From the IMG/VR virus record IMGVR_UViG_3300037805_000525, positions 1 through 64,000 of that record: DNA of 64,000 bases, one strand, 5' to 3'. This document shows, in pieces, positions 18,318-27,452 of this stretch (its first letter is position 1; each line of letters starts with the position of its first letter). Below the pieces are notes generated by a model. The model saw only the letters and a list, made by a program, of their open reading frames with translations, was not told the DNA's origin and did no database searches. This stretch comes from a virus. The position numbers and the translations under genes were made by a program.

Positions 18318-19261
18318 AAAAGAGCCGTGACCTACCCTTCCCCGCACAAGTCGTAGCTGACGGCGCAGTGCGGTTGATCGAACACACCGAGTGGGACACC
18401 TCAGGAAACAACTACTACAACTACGATAACGTTGCGGTGTTTCGCGGAAAATCTATCGGATCACTACGTACGGCAGTTACCGCGCGCTTCGTCACCAAAC
18501 ACACAGTGGTGCTGACCCGGTGCGCGCACGACTACCCGATCGGCAGCAGAACGCACGAAACGTACATTAACCGCCGACATAACCTACTCCACGACGCTGG
18601 GCGCAACCACGTAATCAACATGCTTGCCGACTATTGCATCCAGGACGTACGCAGCATGCTGCTAGGCGACTCGGAAGACGGTAGGTGCGAGGCCCGCGCA
18701 CACCTCCAAGACACATGGGAAATGCTCGGCGAAGAGTGGCACATGGTGCACCCCTCGACAGCCTACGCTAAGGGCCCAGAGAACGCGTACGTACGGTCGG
18801 CGGTGGCGATAACCTGCCGCGTAGGTGGGTACGCTCTTACGCGCGTCGCCAGCCCTCAGAGCAGCGAGGCTGCTCCGTTCCCTGCTTCCAAGGACACTCA
18901 CCCGACGGTCATGGCCATCGCCGAGTCCGTCGCAAGCGAGATCAATCTCGACGACGCGGCGTACGCGCTGCTTGATTGCGGCGTCGAGCTCGTGTGCGCG
19001 CACGAGTCAGAAGCTGACGACCCGTGCGGGGTCGAGGTCGAGGACACGGATGATCGCGTGGCACCCGTCGCACGCGGCTGGTGGAGCGTCTACCGGCAGC
19101 TCGACCTGTTCCTCGAAGGCACCACCGCGGGGGACCTACTCCGGGAGCACAGGTTCACTGCGGCTGCTGCCGAGTCGAGTAATCGTTACGTGGAGGGGCT
19201 CCTCGCACTACTGAAGGTGACCTATGTCGCGTACGTAGGCAAGGAGCCTACCGGTGAGTAA
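18314..19261 (+). CDS. hypothetical protein
   Basis: AGGAGG RBS, ATGA overlap. Confidence 0.7.
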   Translation: MKKSRDLPFPAQVVADGAVRLIEHTEWDTSGNNYYNYDNVAVFRGKSIGSLRTAVTARFVTKHTVVLTRCAHDYPIGSRTHETYINRRHNLLHDAGRNHVINMLADYCIQDVRSMLLGDSEDGRCEARAHLQDTWEMLGEEWHMVHPSTAYAKGPENAYVRSAVAITCRVGGYALTRVASPQSSEAAPFPASKDTHPTVMAIAESVASEINLDDAAYALLDCGVELVCAHESEADDPCGVEVEDTDDRVAPVARGWWSVYRQLDLFLEGTTAGDLLREHRFTAAAAESSNRYVEGLLALLKVTYVAYVGKEPTGE

Positions 19262-19643
19262 CAAACCTTCGTACAAAACCAACGACCCGCGAGGTTGGTG
19301 CGGTGACATCTCGAGGGGCGCGGCACTTGGGCGCCCGAGCATACAAGGCACGCTAGGCGGCAAGCTGTACCTCCAACGCGTCTACCTATGCAATGGAGGC
19401 TACGACAAGAACGGTACATACTTCGGACACGGAGATCCTCTGTACTGGGCCTCGTCATCGGACGGTGAGGTCGACTTCATGCTGCGAGGGGAAGACCGAG
19501 ACGCTGCGAAACGCAGGGTTCTGCACGATTACCCAGACGCGCGGTTCTTCGACGGACCGCCCAAAGAGGAGAAAGAATGGACACGCGACCTACGCAATCC
19601 CCACACGACCGCGAGCCTGACACGGAAATCCTCAACACGCTGA
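19254..19643 (+). CDS. conserved phage hypothetical protein (RV.L.NGGYD..G.Y.G.G.PLYW)
   Basis: AAGGAG RBS; motif recalled from phage hypothetical proteins. Confidence 0.7.
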   Translation: MSNKPSYKTNDPRGWCGDISRGAALGRPSIQGTLGGKLYLQRVYLCNGGYDKNGTYFGHGDPLYWASSSDGEVDFMLRGEDRDAAKRRVLHDYPDARFFDGPPKEEKEWTRDLRNPHTTASLTRKSSTR

Positions 19644-19834
19644 AGCTGAGCACGGACGAGGCGGACATCATATGGCAGTGCATGTACAGCGTTCGTGCAA
19701 GTCACCTCGCGGGCAACAGGTCTGAGTCTCCGGCTGGGTACACGGACAAGCTCACTGCGATCATGCGCAAGCTCTCGGTCGCAGCCGCGTCGTCTGTCCC
19801 GCGACATGACGCGGGGACGCACAATGGCGAGTAG
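19577..19834 (+). CDS. hypothetical protein
   Basis: GAGGAG RBS. Confidence 0.5.
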   Translation: MDTRPTQSPHDREPDTEILNTLKLSTDEADIIWQCMYSVRASHLAGNRSESPAGYTDKLTAIMRKLSVAAASSVPRHDAGTHNGE

Positions 19835-20213
19835 CGCACCGTTAACGACCTTCATGGATCTGTGCGCCGAGATCACCGACTTCGTTGGCAATCTCGGCGT
19901 GGCTGACGCGTCCACCGGCTACGTGATCCTACGGGCGACCCTGCTAATGCTCGCGCAGCTCCCAGAGCTTTCCGGCGTCGAGTTGAGTGGTGGATCGTCT
20001 GGTGCCACCGGCGCTAGCGTTGAGGTCGAATACAATGGTCGTAGCGTGTGGATCATAGCATTCACCTCAGCTGGTGGGTTCTTCTACCGCACGCGAGTTG
20101 AGGGAGATCCGGACGTGCGCGAGGCCGAGCGGCTACACACAGACCGCCTGGTTACCAAGGCTACGGAGCTTGGGCAATGGCTGCGTGGCGAGGGCAAGGA
20201 GGACGTGTCGTGA
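19824..20213 (+). CDS. hypothetical protein
   Basis: Operon position. Confidence 0.6.
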   Translation: MASSAPLTTFMDLCAEITDFVGNLGVADASTGYVILRATLLMLAQLPELSGVELSGGSSGATGASVEVEYNGRSVWIIAFTSAGGFFYRTRVEGDPDVREAERLHTDRLVTKATELGQWLRGEGKEDVS

Positions 20214-20422
20214 AGGTGGCCGCAATCGAACAGAATCGTGAAGCGGGAGAGCGTCGCGCCATGTCGGCGCAGGAACAGGAGGCTTTTCTCAATGCTGCCT
20301 CAGAGGCGTACCACGCGCACCCATCGCACACCACCGCCTGCAGCGTCTACCAGGAGTTCTATGGCACAGGGTGCCCCTGCGAGAAGGCCGCCGAAGCCGC
20401 GCTCAGAGCGGCAGGGTACTGA
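20210..20422 (+). CDS. small His/Cys metal-binding protein, paralog of 39778..39999
   Basis: AYHA...H...C.....YG..CxCEKA; AGGAGG RBS. Confidence 0.7.
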   Translation: MKVAAIEQNREAGERRAMSAQEQEAFLNAASEAYHAHPSHTTACSVYQEFYGTGCPCEKAAEAALRAAGY

Positions 20423-20424
20423 CG

Positions 20425-20658
20425 GTGGCGCGCCTCGAGATTTTACTTCTCATGACGTTCGTACTCGCTTGCGGGATGGGCATCGGCGCCCAACTGGCGT
20501 CTGCGTCGCCAAGCTATGTCGCGCACGTCACCGTAGTCAGAGGGGAAATCCCTGCGGGTGTGCTAGTCGTATACTGCGCTCTCTCGGCTGTGTTCGCGCT
20601 TGTGCGTGTGAGTCACATCTTGCGCGGCCTGGAGAAGGGTTGCGCGCGTAAGCGGTAG
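20425..20658 (+). CDS. small membrane protein
   Basis: Two hydrophobic segments; ends at terminator. Confidence 0.5.
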   Translation: MARLEILLLMTFVLACGMGIGAQLASASPSYVAHVTVVRGEIPAGVLVVYCALSAVFALVRVSHILRGLEKGCARKR

Positions 20659-20667
20659 GTGCGGATG

Positions 20668-20703
20668 CGGGCGGGGGACAACCACCTCGCCCGTTTTCTT
20701 AGC
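20668..20703 (+). terminator. hairpin + TTCTTAG tail
   Basis: CGGGCGGGG/CCTCGCCCG stem. Confidence 0.7.
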
Positions 20704-20713
20704 TCCGGCCCGA

Positions 20714-20730
20714 TTATCACGCTGTGATAA
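20714..20730. repeat. 17-bp palindrome copy 5 (GCT), between convergent genes
   Basis: TTATCACGCTGTGATAA. Confidence 0.95.
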
Positions 20731-21105
20731 TTACCACCCGTCAAGCCGGCGGTCCGCCGCTTTGGCGCGCCACACCTCGATAAAGAACCCACACACGTAT
20801 AGCCCGTAATGGCCTTCTACTGTGTGCGCTACGTACGGGTACCACTTGAGCGGAGTGTCCTCATCCCACCCCCACCCGATCAGACACATCAGCGTACGTT
20901 TCCAGGGGCGGAGTCCCGTTGCGAGAAAGACTGCGGCAAAGCTGTCGGGACCTGACAGGAACCACCCGGCTTCGGTCTGAACCGCGCACGTTGTCTTCAG
21001 TGCTCGGATCCTCAGCGACAGGAGCGGGCCATTGGTTATGTTCGCTTCGGTGCCGCAGAACATTGCGCGCACGCCAGACCACACGGTGCGCAGTGCGTCT
21101 CTCAC
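20731..21105 (-). CDS. hypothetical protein
   Basis: GTGA overlap with upstream gene; Trp-rich C-terminus. Confidence 0.5.
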   Translation of the reverse strand: MRDALRTVWSGVRAMFCGTEANITNGPLLSLRIRALKTTCAVQTEAGWFLSGPDSFAAVFLATGLRPWKRTLMCLIGWGWDEDTPLKWYPYVAHTVEGHYGLYVCGFFIEVWRAKAADRRLDGW

Positions 21106-22442
21106 GACTTCTCTACCTTTTCCGCGTTGTACACGTCGCCGAAGGGGTTCTCCGCAGTGCGTGTACACACGGGGATGTACCCCACGGGATGATTTGGATC
21201 ATCGAGTGAGTAGACCGGGATGGTGCCCCGCGGCCGTGTCTTGCGTTCGGAATCCTCCTGTGCTGCGAGCGCGCCGAACGCACGGATGGTGTCCTGGGCG
21301 TCGGTTGTACGGATCAGTGGCCGCTTGGGTTCCTGAGCCGCTTGCGCGGGCTGCACAATGAACCCTGGGTCCACATCTCGCCCAGAGCGCGCCGCCTTCG
21401 CCACCTGCGCCGCACGCAGTTTGGTTGCCGCATCCGCGAAGTGGCTCGGCTTGAACGCAGCGCGATCGAACCAGATGCCCTTGGGATCGTCGGTTCGCCA
21501 CATGAACATCGCCTCGGCGTCCTCGTTGATACCGAGCGCGTACCCGAGCGGGTGCAGGACGTTGCGGTTGATCTCTGCGAGCGCGCCAGTCGACCAGATT
21601 TCCGTGTAGTCCGCCGTCGTCGCGTGCGCGTACTGGTTCTTGGGTAGGTGGAACTGCGTGTTCGCTGCGCCGGCTAAGCGGTTCGTCTGCCGGAGTACCT
21701 CTGCGATGACCTCCTGAGCGAGCGGACCCATCCCCGCGAGGTCCTCTGGCTGGCAGTACCGGCACAGTGCGTTGGTGATGCGCCACGCGAGCTTCTTGGT
21801 GTTCTCGGTTACTGCGTACGCGTCGTCTTTCAGGGACTCATCACGCGTGGCGGGGTAGCCCTCCATAGCTGATCGGAAGGTGCTGTCAGCCGGGATGGGC
21901 TCAGTTGTACAACCCATGCTGTAGGGCACTGGCTTGCCAGACTCTAGCCGCGCTGCTAGATCCCCCGCGTACGCCTCCCACCCTGGCCCGCGAGAGGCGT
22001 CGACCGCGCGCCTTGACTCGGAGGATAAGTGGCGCACGCCCGGCGCCTCTGCAATGGGTACGGGCATGCCTGGAATAGCTGGTGCTGGTCCGGAGATGAA
22101 GACGTCACCATTTGCGTTGACCTCTGTGCGTTGCGGGACATGCGCGACGGTTAGCGAGCACCGGTGCTTCTCGGCATCCTCGTCACTGAGTTCCGCAATG
22201 ACGAGGACGTCCGCCTTCTCCAAGATGAGGTGGGTCACCCCAGCAATGCTGATCTCAGTCCCGGCACCCTCCGCAAAGAAGACGTGGTTGCCCTCTTTGA
22301 TCGCCTCGAACGCGTACAGGTTGTCAGCCAGCTGGGACAGTCCTGGGTGCACAACTACGCCGTGGGGGGACGTGCTGTGCGGGTGCTCCAGCCTGTCTAG
22401 GCGTTTAACAAGAATTGTGCCGGTGGGTGTGAACAGCTTCAT
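21102..22442 (-). CDS. GroES/Cpn10-like domain fused to a long C-terminal region
   Basis: ILVKR...GVVVHPG...IKEGNHVFFAEGAGTEISIAGVTHLILEKADVLVI matches the Cpn10 pattern; GGAGG RBS at ATG 22442. Confidence 0.7.
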   Translation of the reverse strand: MKLFTPTGTILVKRLDRLEHPHSTSPHGVVVHPGLSQLADNLYAFEAIKEGNHVFFAEGAGTEISIAGVTHLILEKADVLVIAELSDEDAEKHRCSLTVAHVPQRTEVNANGDVFISGPAPAIPGMPVPIAEAPGVRHLSSESRRAVDASRGPGWEAYAGDLAARLESGKPVPYSMGCTTEPIPADSTFRSAMEGYPATRDESLKDDAYAVTENTKKLAWRITNALCRYCQPEDLAGMGPLAQEVIAEVLRQTNRLAGAANTQFHLPKNQYAHATTADYTEIWSTGALAEINRNVLHPLGYALGINEDAEAMFMWRTDDPKGIWFDRAAFKPSHFADAATKLRAAQVAKAARSGRDVDPGFIVQPAQAAQEPKRPLIRTTDAQDTIRAFGALAAQEDSERKTRPRGTIPVYSLDDPNHPVGYIPVCTRTAENPFGDVYNAEKVEKS

Positions 22443-22471
22443 GCGCGCCTCCGTGTTGAGTGCGCAATGTA

Positions 22472-22867
22472 CTACACCTGCGCTACAGGCTCCGCAGAAT
22501 TGATCCGAAGCCATACGGCGGGGAACGCAGCTTCCGCGTCTGCACACGCATCCACGAAGCTGAGCGAGGGTGTTGGGAGGAAGAACGTGGTGCTGCTGGC
22601 GTAGCGCGTGTCACCTGTCCGGTCCCACATACCAAGAATCGTCCAGTACGCTACGTGCGTGAGCAGCGCCCGGCTCTGCTTCTGCATTGACCTGCGGTGG
22701 GACACAGTGTTTGTGCCCGGTGCATACGTGCCGTCTGGCGTAAGCGGCAGCCCTTGCTCGCGCAGCATTGTGTACGACGGGTGGTGGCCAGCCGCTGTGT
22801 AGTACCGGTGCCCTACGGCACCCCACACACCAAACATTACTGGGGCGCGCTCTACGGTTTCGGCCAC
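22472..22867 (-). CDS. hypothetical protein
   Basis: GAGG RBS; GVWGAVGHRYY...WDRTGDTRYASSTTF. Confidence 0.65.
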   Translation of the reverse strand: MAETVERAPVMFGVWGAVGHRYYTAAGHHPSYTMLREQGLPLTPDGTYAPGTNTVSHRRSMQKQSRALLTHVAYWTILGMWDRTGDTRYASSTTFFLPTPSLSFVDACADAEAAFPAVWLRINSAEPVAQV

Positions 22868-22903
22868 GGGAACCTCACTGCCTTCTAAGTGTCCCCCCCA
22901 AGA

Positions 22904-22920
22904 TTATCACACTGTGATAA
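22904..22920. repeat. 17-bp palindrome copy 6 (ACT)
   Basis: TTATCACACTGTGATAA. Confidence 0.95.
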
Positions 22921-22949
22921 TGGCCTACTTCTTGGCATAAGACATTTAG
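22914..22949 (+). promoter_or_regulatory. phage promoter motif; upstream element position occupied by the palindrome
   Basis: GGCATAAG-N5-TAG at 22934. Confidence 0.75.
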
Positions 22950-23025
22950 TGGGCGGGCAGCACACACGCCTCGACCCTGATGGGGAGTTCCCATCGACGC
23001 ACGTAGACATTCCTGAGGAGAGTTC

Positions 23026-23592
23026 ATGGATCTTCGAAGTTTCACGTCCCTTCTGTGCAACGGCGCCAATCTGCTTGCTGTTGAACAGCGCTACGCCTCC
23101 ATAGACTTCTCTTCGTACGGGCACCGTTTCGTCACGATCCAGTACGCGGGTGTGCACGTTGCGGCGCTCGCGCTACCTGACAAGTTCGTGAAGGCGATCT
23201 CCCGTGCACACGCTAGCGCCAGCGCTACTACGCCGCTGGTCCAGCTGTTCATGTACTGCTGCTACGACAACCTGGCAGCTGCGGCGGCCGCATCCACCGA
23301 TTACACACTCACCACGCCTCGTGGGCGCGTCCCGCACCGGGAGCTCGCTCTAGCGGCCATCCTCAGCGTTATGGGCAGCTGCTGGGTGAGCCAACACATC
23401 GGGCGGCTCCGCACCAGCGCACACGATTCCTGGGGCATGACTGGATTCTCGGAAACGCTGAAGCCTGTGACAGCGGACCACAAGACTAAGTTGCACGCGC
23501 TGGCGAAGCGCGCGTTCCCGCAGTTGGAAGAGTTTGCAGCAACGGCTGCGATGTTCGGGCACCTGCCCGAGGAGGGAAGTGAGTATGCGTGA
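23026..23592 (+). CDS. hypothetical protein
   Basis: GAGGAG RBS after promoter. Confidence 0.7.
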   Translation: MDLRSFTSLLCNGANLLAVEQRYASIDFSSYGHRFVTIQYAGVHVAALALPDKFVKAISRAHASASATTPLVQLFMYCCYDNLAAAAAASTDYTLTTPRGRVPHRELALAAILSVMGSCWVSQHIGRLRTSAHDSWGMTGFSETLKPVTADHKTKLHALAKRAFPQLEEFAATAAMFGHLPEEGSEYA

Positions 23593-24058
23593 TCGTTATG
23601 AAGGGCTACGGCAAAAACTCGAGGGCGCGATGAGTACGTGCGGTGGCGACGTGTTCGACCCCGACGAGTGCGCGGTGTTGGCAAGCTTCGTCCCTGATCG
23701 GCTTACGCGCGTGGTTGGGCCGCGGTACATCGTGCCGCCGGCGGACACTTTTATGGACCGTGTGTACGCACTCGGGTGGTTTGAGGACGACGACGGCGAC
23801 GCGCTTCGGTGGATGGTGGAGCTCACGAAAGCTGAGGCGGACACGCTACAGTACATCGACGAGGTGTACCCAGATCGAGACGGCCTGCAGCCGATACGTT
23901 TCACACGGAAGGGGTTAGTATTCGCACTCCACGACTGGTGCGTGCTCTACGAGATCATCGAGCGCTGCGTCCTCGTATGTCAGCCGGCTGAACTGGCGTT
24001 CGCAGAGCGCCTGCTTGGTCTGATGGGCTTCGACTGGGCGCCTAAGGTCGATGTGTGA
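23585..24058 (+). CDS. hypothetical protein
   Basis: GGAGG RBS. Confidence 0.7.
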   Translation: MRDRYEGLRQKLEGAMSTCGGDVFDPDECAVLASFVPDRLTRVVGPRYIVPPADTFMDRVYALGWFEDDDGDALRWMVELTKAEADTLQYIDEVYPDRDGLQPIRFTRKGLVFALHDWCVLYEIIERCVLVCQPAELAFAERLLGLMGFDWAPKVDV

Positions 24059-24180
24059 GGGCACTCTTTATTCGCGCTGTGCACCACGCACTTCTGGCGG
24101 TGCAGAGGTGGTTCGATGAAGGCCTTGTCTGGCCTGCTGTGGCAATGGTCGTGGTGATCATGTCGCTGCCCTCCTGCTGA
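24055..24180 (+). CDS. small membrane peptide (41 aa)
   Basis: GTGA overlap, C-terminal TM, ends before terminator; below the ORF-track cutoff. Confidence 0.45.
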   Translation: MRALFIRAVHHALLAVQRWFDEGLVWPAVAMVVVIMSLPSC

Positions 24181-24190
24181 CGCGATTTGT

Positions 24191-24217
24191 GGGGACCGCA
24201 CGGTCCCCTGTTTTTAG
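24191..24217 (+). terminator. hairpin + TTTTTAG tail
   Basis: GGGGACCG/CGGTCCCC stem. Confidence 0.75.
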
Positions 24218-24227
24218 ATAACGAGAA

Positions 24228-24244
24228 ATATCACACTGTGATAA
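24228..24244. repeat. 17-bp palindrome copy 7 (ACT)
   Basis: ATATCACACTGTGATAA. Confidence 0.95.
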
Positions 24245-24250
24245 TCGCAG

Positions 24251-24286
24251 GCAAACCTGCGGCCGTAGGCGGCATAAGAGGTTTAG
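24251..24286 (+). promoter_or_regulatory. phage promoter motif
   Basis: GCAAA-N15-GGCATAAG-N5-TAG. Confidence 0.85.
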
Positions 24287-24321
24287 TACTACAGGTCATC
24301 AACTGCCTTGGGAGGCACTCA

Positions 24322-24702
24322 GTGAACAAGGAACTACGATCCGTACGCAAAGGACTCGACGCGCAGGTCAGGAAGATCGAAACCGCGAGAATCGACGCAC
24401 ACAGCGCGCTCGCAATGGGCGCGTTCAACAACTTCATCCGCCCGTGGTGTGAACTTAACAAGGTCGACTTCCGGGCCGGCATGGGCACCTGGTCCATGCG
24501 CGTGGCTGGTGGTGCGGGCCACGATGTCTGGGCGCGCTGGGTCAACGACCCGTGCAGGGGAGAGGCCGACAGCGACAGGCCGCCCCTTGGTTTTGCGGAC
24601 ATAGCGGACATTCTGGAGGTTGCCGTAGACGGCTACCCACTTGGCTCCTTAATGCCTGACGCGCTGTACGGGCCTGGAAAGCCTACGAGGACATATGACT
24701 GA
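24322..24702 (+). CDS. hypothetical protein
   Basis: GGGAGG RBS after promoter. Confidence 0.7.
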   Translation: MNKELRSVRKGLDAQVRKIETARIDAHSALAMGAFNNFIRPWCELNKVDFRAGMGTWSMRVAGGAGHDVWARWVNDPCRGEADSDRPPLGFADIADILEVAVDGYPLGSLMPDALYGPGKPTRTYD

Positions 24703-24907
24703 CTTTGACCAAGCCGCGTTCACTGCCTGGCTCACAGAGGTCGACGAGTGGATCGACGAACTGACGAACGGGAGTGGTTGTACGCAATCCGACTTCGCAG
24801 ATTGGAATTCGCGTGACGCGTTTGATTCCGAGTGTGACCCGAAGGACGCTGCGATACAGTGCCTAGAGAACGATGACATCGGTGAGATGTACCTACAGCT
24901 CACCTAG
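24695..24907 (+). CDS. small highly acidic protein
   Basis: 18 D/E versus 2 K/R in 70 aa; GAGGA RBS. Confidence 0.75.
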   Translation: MTDFDQAAFTAWLTEVDEWIDELTNGSGCTQSDFADWNSRDAFDSECDPKDAAIQCLENDDIGEMYLQLT

Positions 24908-24929
24908 TAGCAAATTGGAGCCTTGTGAC

Positions 24930-25529
24930 ATGAAGCCATTCGAAGGACAACTCGATCGCCGCCCCATCACACACAACACAATTTGGTACATGCGCGTACG
25001 TGGCGTACCTGGCGCGCGTGCGCCCAGGGTGGATGAGTTGGGCACGGACGCGATCAAGGTAGCGTACGCCGTGCGCTTCATCCACGACGAGTACCATGTG
25101 ATTTTCAGCACTGACCCAGACAGCGAGGCGGAAGCACTTCGAGCGCAGGCCATCGAGCGTGCGGCAGAATACAAGACCACGCCCATCGAGGTGAAGTACG
25201 TCGTGGACCCGATGGAAAGCCCACAGCACCTGTTGCAGCACGACGAGCTGATCGTCGAGGGCCCCAAAGAAACCGCCGCGGGGTTCCTTACCGCGATCAC
25301 CGAGCGGCTTAGGGCGACGCTCGGACTTGCAGAGACGCCGACCCTGCGACCGGTAGTTGGCGAATCCTTCGTTGACTCCGAGTCAGGCACCCAAGGCATG
25401 TCCGGGGTTGACGCAAAGGCGATCATGGACGGTTTCTTGAACGCCAAGGGGATCCCCCACGAGTTCTACTACGGGACCTCTCAAGAGGATCCCAAGTCTG
25501 ATGATGCTAGCGGCAAGGAGGATGAATGA
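24930..25529 (+). CDS. hypothetical protein
   Basis: GGAG RBS. Confidence 0.7.
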   Translation: MKPFEGQLDRRPITHNTIWYMRVRGVPGARAPRVDELGTDAIKVAYAVRFIHDEYHVIFSTDPDSEAEALRAQAIERAAEYKTTPIEVKYVVDPMESPQHLLQHDELIVEGPKETAAGFLTAITERLRATLGLAETPTLRPVVGESFVDSESGTQGMSGVDAKAIMDGFLNAKGIPHEFYYGTSQEDPKSDDASGKEDE

Positions 25530-26119
25530 CACCCGTAGACACTCTCAGGTACTCATTCGTGAAGACGCACCTGTTCGGAATCCGTCACGGTGAGTGCTTC
25601 CCGGGCATAAGCCTCGTGGACGCGGACAAGTCGGAGTGTATGCAGCTCGGCACGGCACAGGGGTGGCTGCGCACAGCACTTCAGGGATATCCCGTGGTGA
25701 TTCGTCGAGAAGACGCGCTGAAGTTGCGAATCTGGTGCATGACCACTGACGACGCCTACGGTGACCTCCCGATCGCCGTAGCATTGGACACGCTTGCGTA
25801 CCTGAAGTACGTCAGCGAACTCCCGCCGGAACGCGCGACGGGTGTTGAGCAGACGCGTCGTAACGATCACGTTCGGGCGTTGCGTGAGATGCCTTTCCTC
25901 GTGGTCACTGAGCGCCTGAAGTCGCGTACGAAGCTGAACCCGGTAGGCACGTCCTACTGCAATCACCCACACGACTTGTCGACAGGTCGCCCGATTGGTC
26001 ACGAGTGCTACGTGTTGCCGCCGAAGGCCCTCGTTGCGGAGCGTGCCGGGAACGTTGAGTTGAGCATCGAACTCATCCACCAGGCCAAGCCGCTGAAGCA
26101 CCACATGGGTGCACGATGA
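25526..26119 (+). CDS. hypothetical protein with C-terminal CxH...HxC motif
   Basis: AGGAGG RBS, ATGA overlap. Confidence 0.7.
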   Translation: MTPVDTLRYSFVKTHLFGIRHGECFPGISLVDADKSECMQLGTAQGWLRTALQGYPVVIRREDALKLRIWCMTTDDAYGDLPIAVALDTLAYLKYVSELPPERATGVEQTRRNDHVRALREMPFLVVTERLKSRTKLNPVGTSYCNHPHDLSTGRPIGHECYVLPPKALVAERAGNVELSIELIHQAKPLKHHMGAR

Positions 26120-26670
26120 TTGAGATCATCGCAGCAATGGACAAGCGTAGGCTCATCGGCAAGGACGGCGGACTCCCATGGAGCGCCCCCGCAGACCTCC
26201 GCAGGTTCGCCGAGTACACGAAGGGTGGGACGCTCCTGATGGGGCGCAAGACCTTCGAGAGCATCGGGCGGCCGCTGCGCGGGCGGCGCAATGTGGTGGT
26301 ATCTCGCAACCCTGACTGGCGCCCGAAGGGTGTCAGCCTGTTCGGTAGCCTGGAGGCCGCGCTCAGCTCTATGGAGGGCGGTGAGCATGTGTACGTCATC
26401 GGTGGAGCGAGTCTCTACAAGTCCACGATCCCATTCGCGGCGCGCATGCGCCTCACCCTGGTCCACGGCGAGTATCAAGGTGACACGTACTTTCCTCGAC
26501 TCGGAGGAGCGGACGATGAGCCTGTGGGGTGTCGCCGCTGGCAGGTGACCCAATCCAGGCACTACCCCGCAGACGCCAACAACCCGCCAACAACCGACTA
26601 CACCCTAAACGTGGGGCACGGGCGCTGGCCTGACGCCATTAGGTTGTGGTCCGCAGACGAGGAGTTCTGA
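26116..26670 (+). CDS. folA: dihydrofolate reductase
   Basis: IAAM...LIGKDGGLPW..PADL..F...T.G..LLMGRKTFESIGRPL.GRRNVVVSR, YVIGG.SLY, GDTYFP. Confidence 0.96.
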   Translation: MIEIIAAMDKRRLIGKDGGLPWSAPADLRRFAEYTKGGTLLMGRKTFESIGRPLRGRRNVVVSRNPDWRPKGVSLFGSLEAALSSMEGGEHVYVIGGASLYKSTIPFAARMRLTLVHGEYQGDTYFPRLGGADDEPVGCRRWQVTQSRHYPADANNPPTTDYTLNVGHGRWPDAIRLWSADEEF

Positions 26671-27065
26671 TGAAGGACATCTACTTTAGGGATATGGACG
26701 AGCACGCACTCCGGGTGTTCGCACTCAACCACTACACCGGAGAGATGCATGTCAAAGTCTTCGGCGACATGCACGCTCGCGTGGATAACCCCGTACAAGC
26801 CCTCCAGGCGCTTGCTCGCTACGCTAACGCCCTACTGGCGTTCCGTACTTCCAGCGAGGACATCCCGCACCATGTACGCCAACAGCTGGCGTACGCATGT
26901 TACTGGGCATACCACCACTTCTGGCGCTGCGCTGGTCGCGAAGGCGCAGGGAAGTACCCGATCCTGTTCGGGCTCCGTGCGCGCCCAACGGGGATGCGCA
27001 CCTATCATGAGGAGAGTGTCTCCCTGATGCAGGTTCCTGAGGTGTACGCCGATGCCGGCGCGTAA
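26670..27065 (+). CDS. hypothetical protein, paralog of 27052..27429
   Basis: GAGGAG RBS, TGATG overlap. Confidence 0.7.
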   Translation: MKDIYFRDMDEHALRVFALNHYTGEMHVKVFGDMHARVDNPVQALQALARYANALLAFRTSSEDIPHHVRQQLAYACYWAYHHFWRCAGREGAGKYPILFGLRARPTGMRTYHEESVSLMQVPEVYADAGA

Positions 27066-27429
27066 GGCGCAGAAGGTCAGCTTCTCCCCGATGTCGCTGG
27101 ACGAGGCGCGCGCCTTCTCGTCCTCACTCGTAAACCCTGGCATGCGGCTGGCGCGTGAGTTCTTCGGCGACTCGATTGGGTCCGTCTACCACCCAATACT
27201 CGCAATGCGCGCACTGGGAAGGTACGCGAGCGCGTACCAGGCATATCTGTGCTGCAAAGGGCTCGTCCCTGCCGACAAGTCGGGTGTCAGGGTCTACCAG
27301 CACCAGTGCTACATGGCGATGTGGGACTTCATACACCACTGCGGCGGAGGGTACATCCTAGAGAACATTCGTTGGGGCGTGTACCGCCGACCGCGGGGCA
27401 CGCACCAGAGCCCCCACGACCCCTACTAA
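27052..27429 (+). CDS. hypothetical protein, paralog of 26670..27065
   Basis: Shared FGD....V..P..A..AL.RYA.A...CY.A motif. Confidence 0.7.
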   Translation: MPARKAQKVSFSPMSLDEARAFSSSLVNPGMRLAREFFGDSIGSVYHPILAMRALGRYASAYQAYLCCKGLVPADKSGVRVYQHQCYMAMWDFIHHCGGGYILENIRWGVYRRPRGTHQSPHDPY

Positions 27430-27452
27430 AACCAACGACTACGAGGTACGCG

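Noticed and set aside
25604-25611. GGCATAAG inside CDS 25526..26119 as a promoter
   Set aside because: It is intragenic and lacks both the upstream SCAAA element and the downstream TAG; probably chance.
26116-26670. DHFR as a mobile trimethoprim-resistance (dfr) cassette
   Set aside because: It is translationally coupled within a phage operon with no integron or IS context; phage DHFRs are common.
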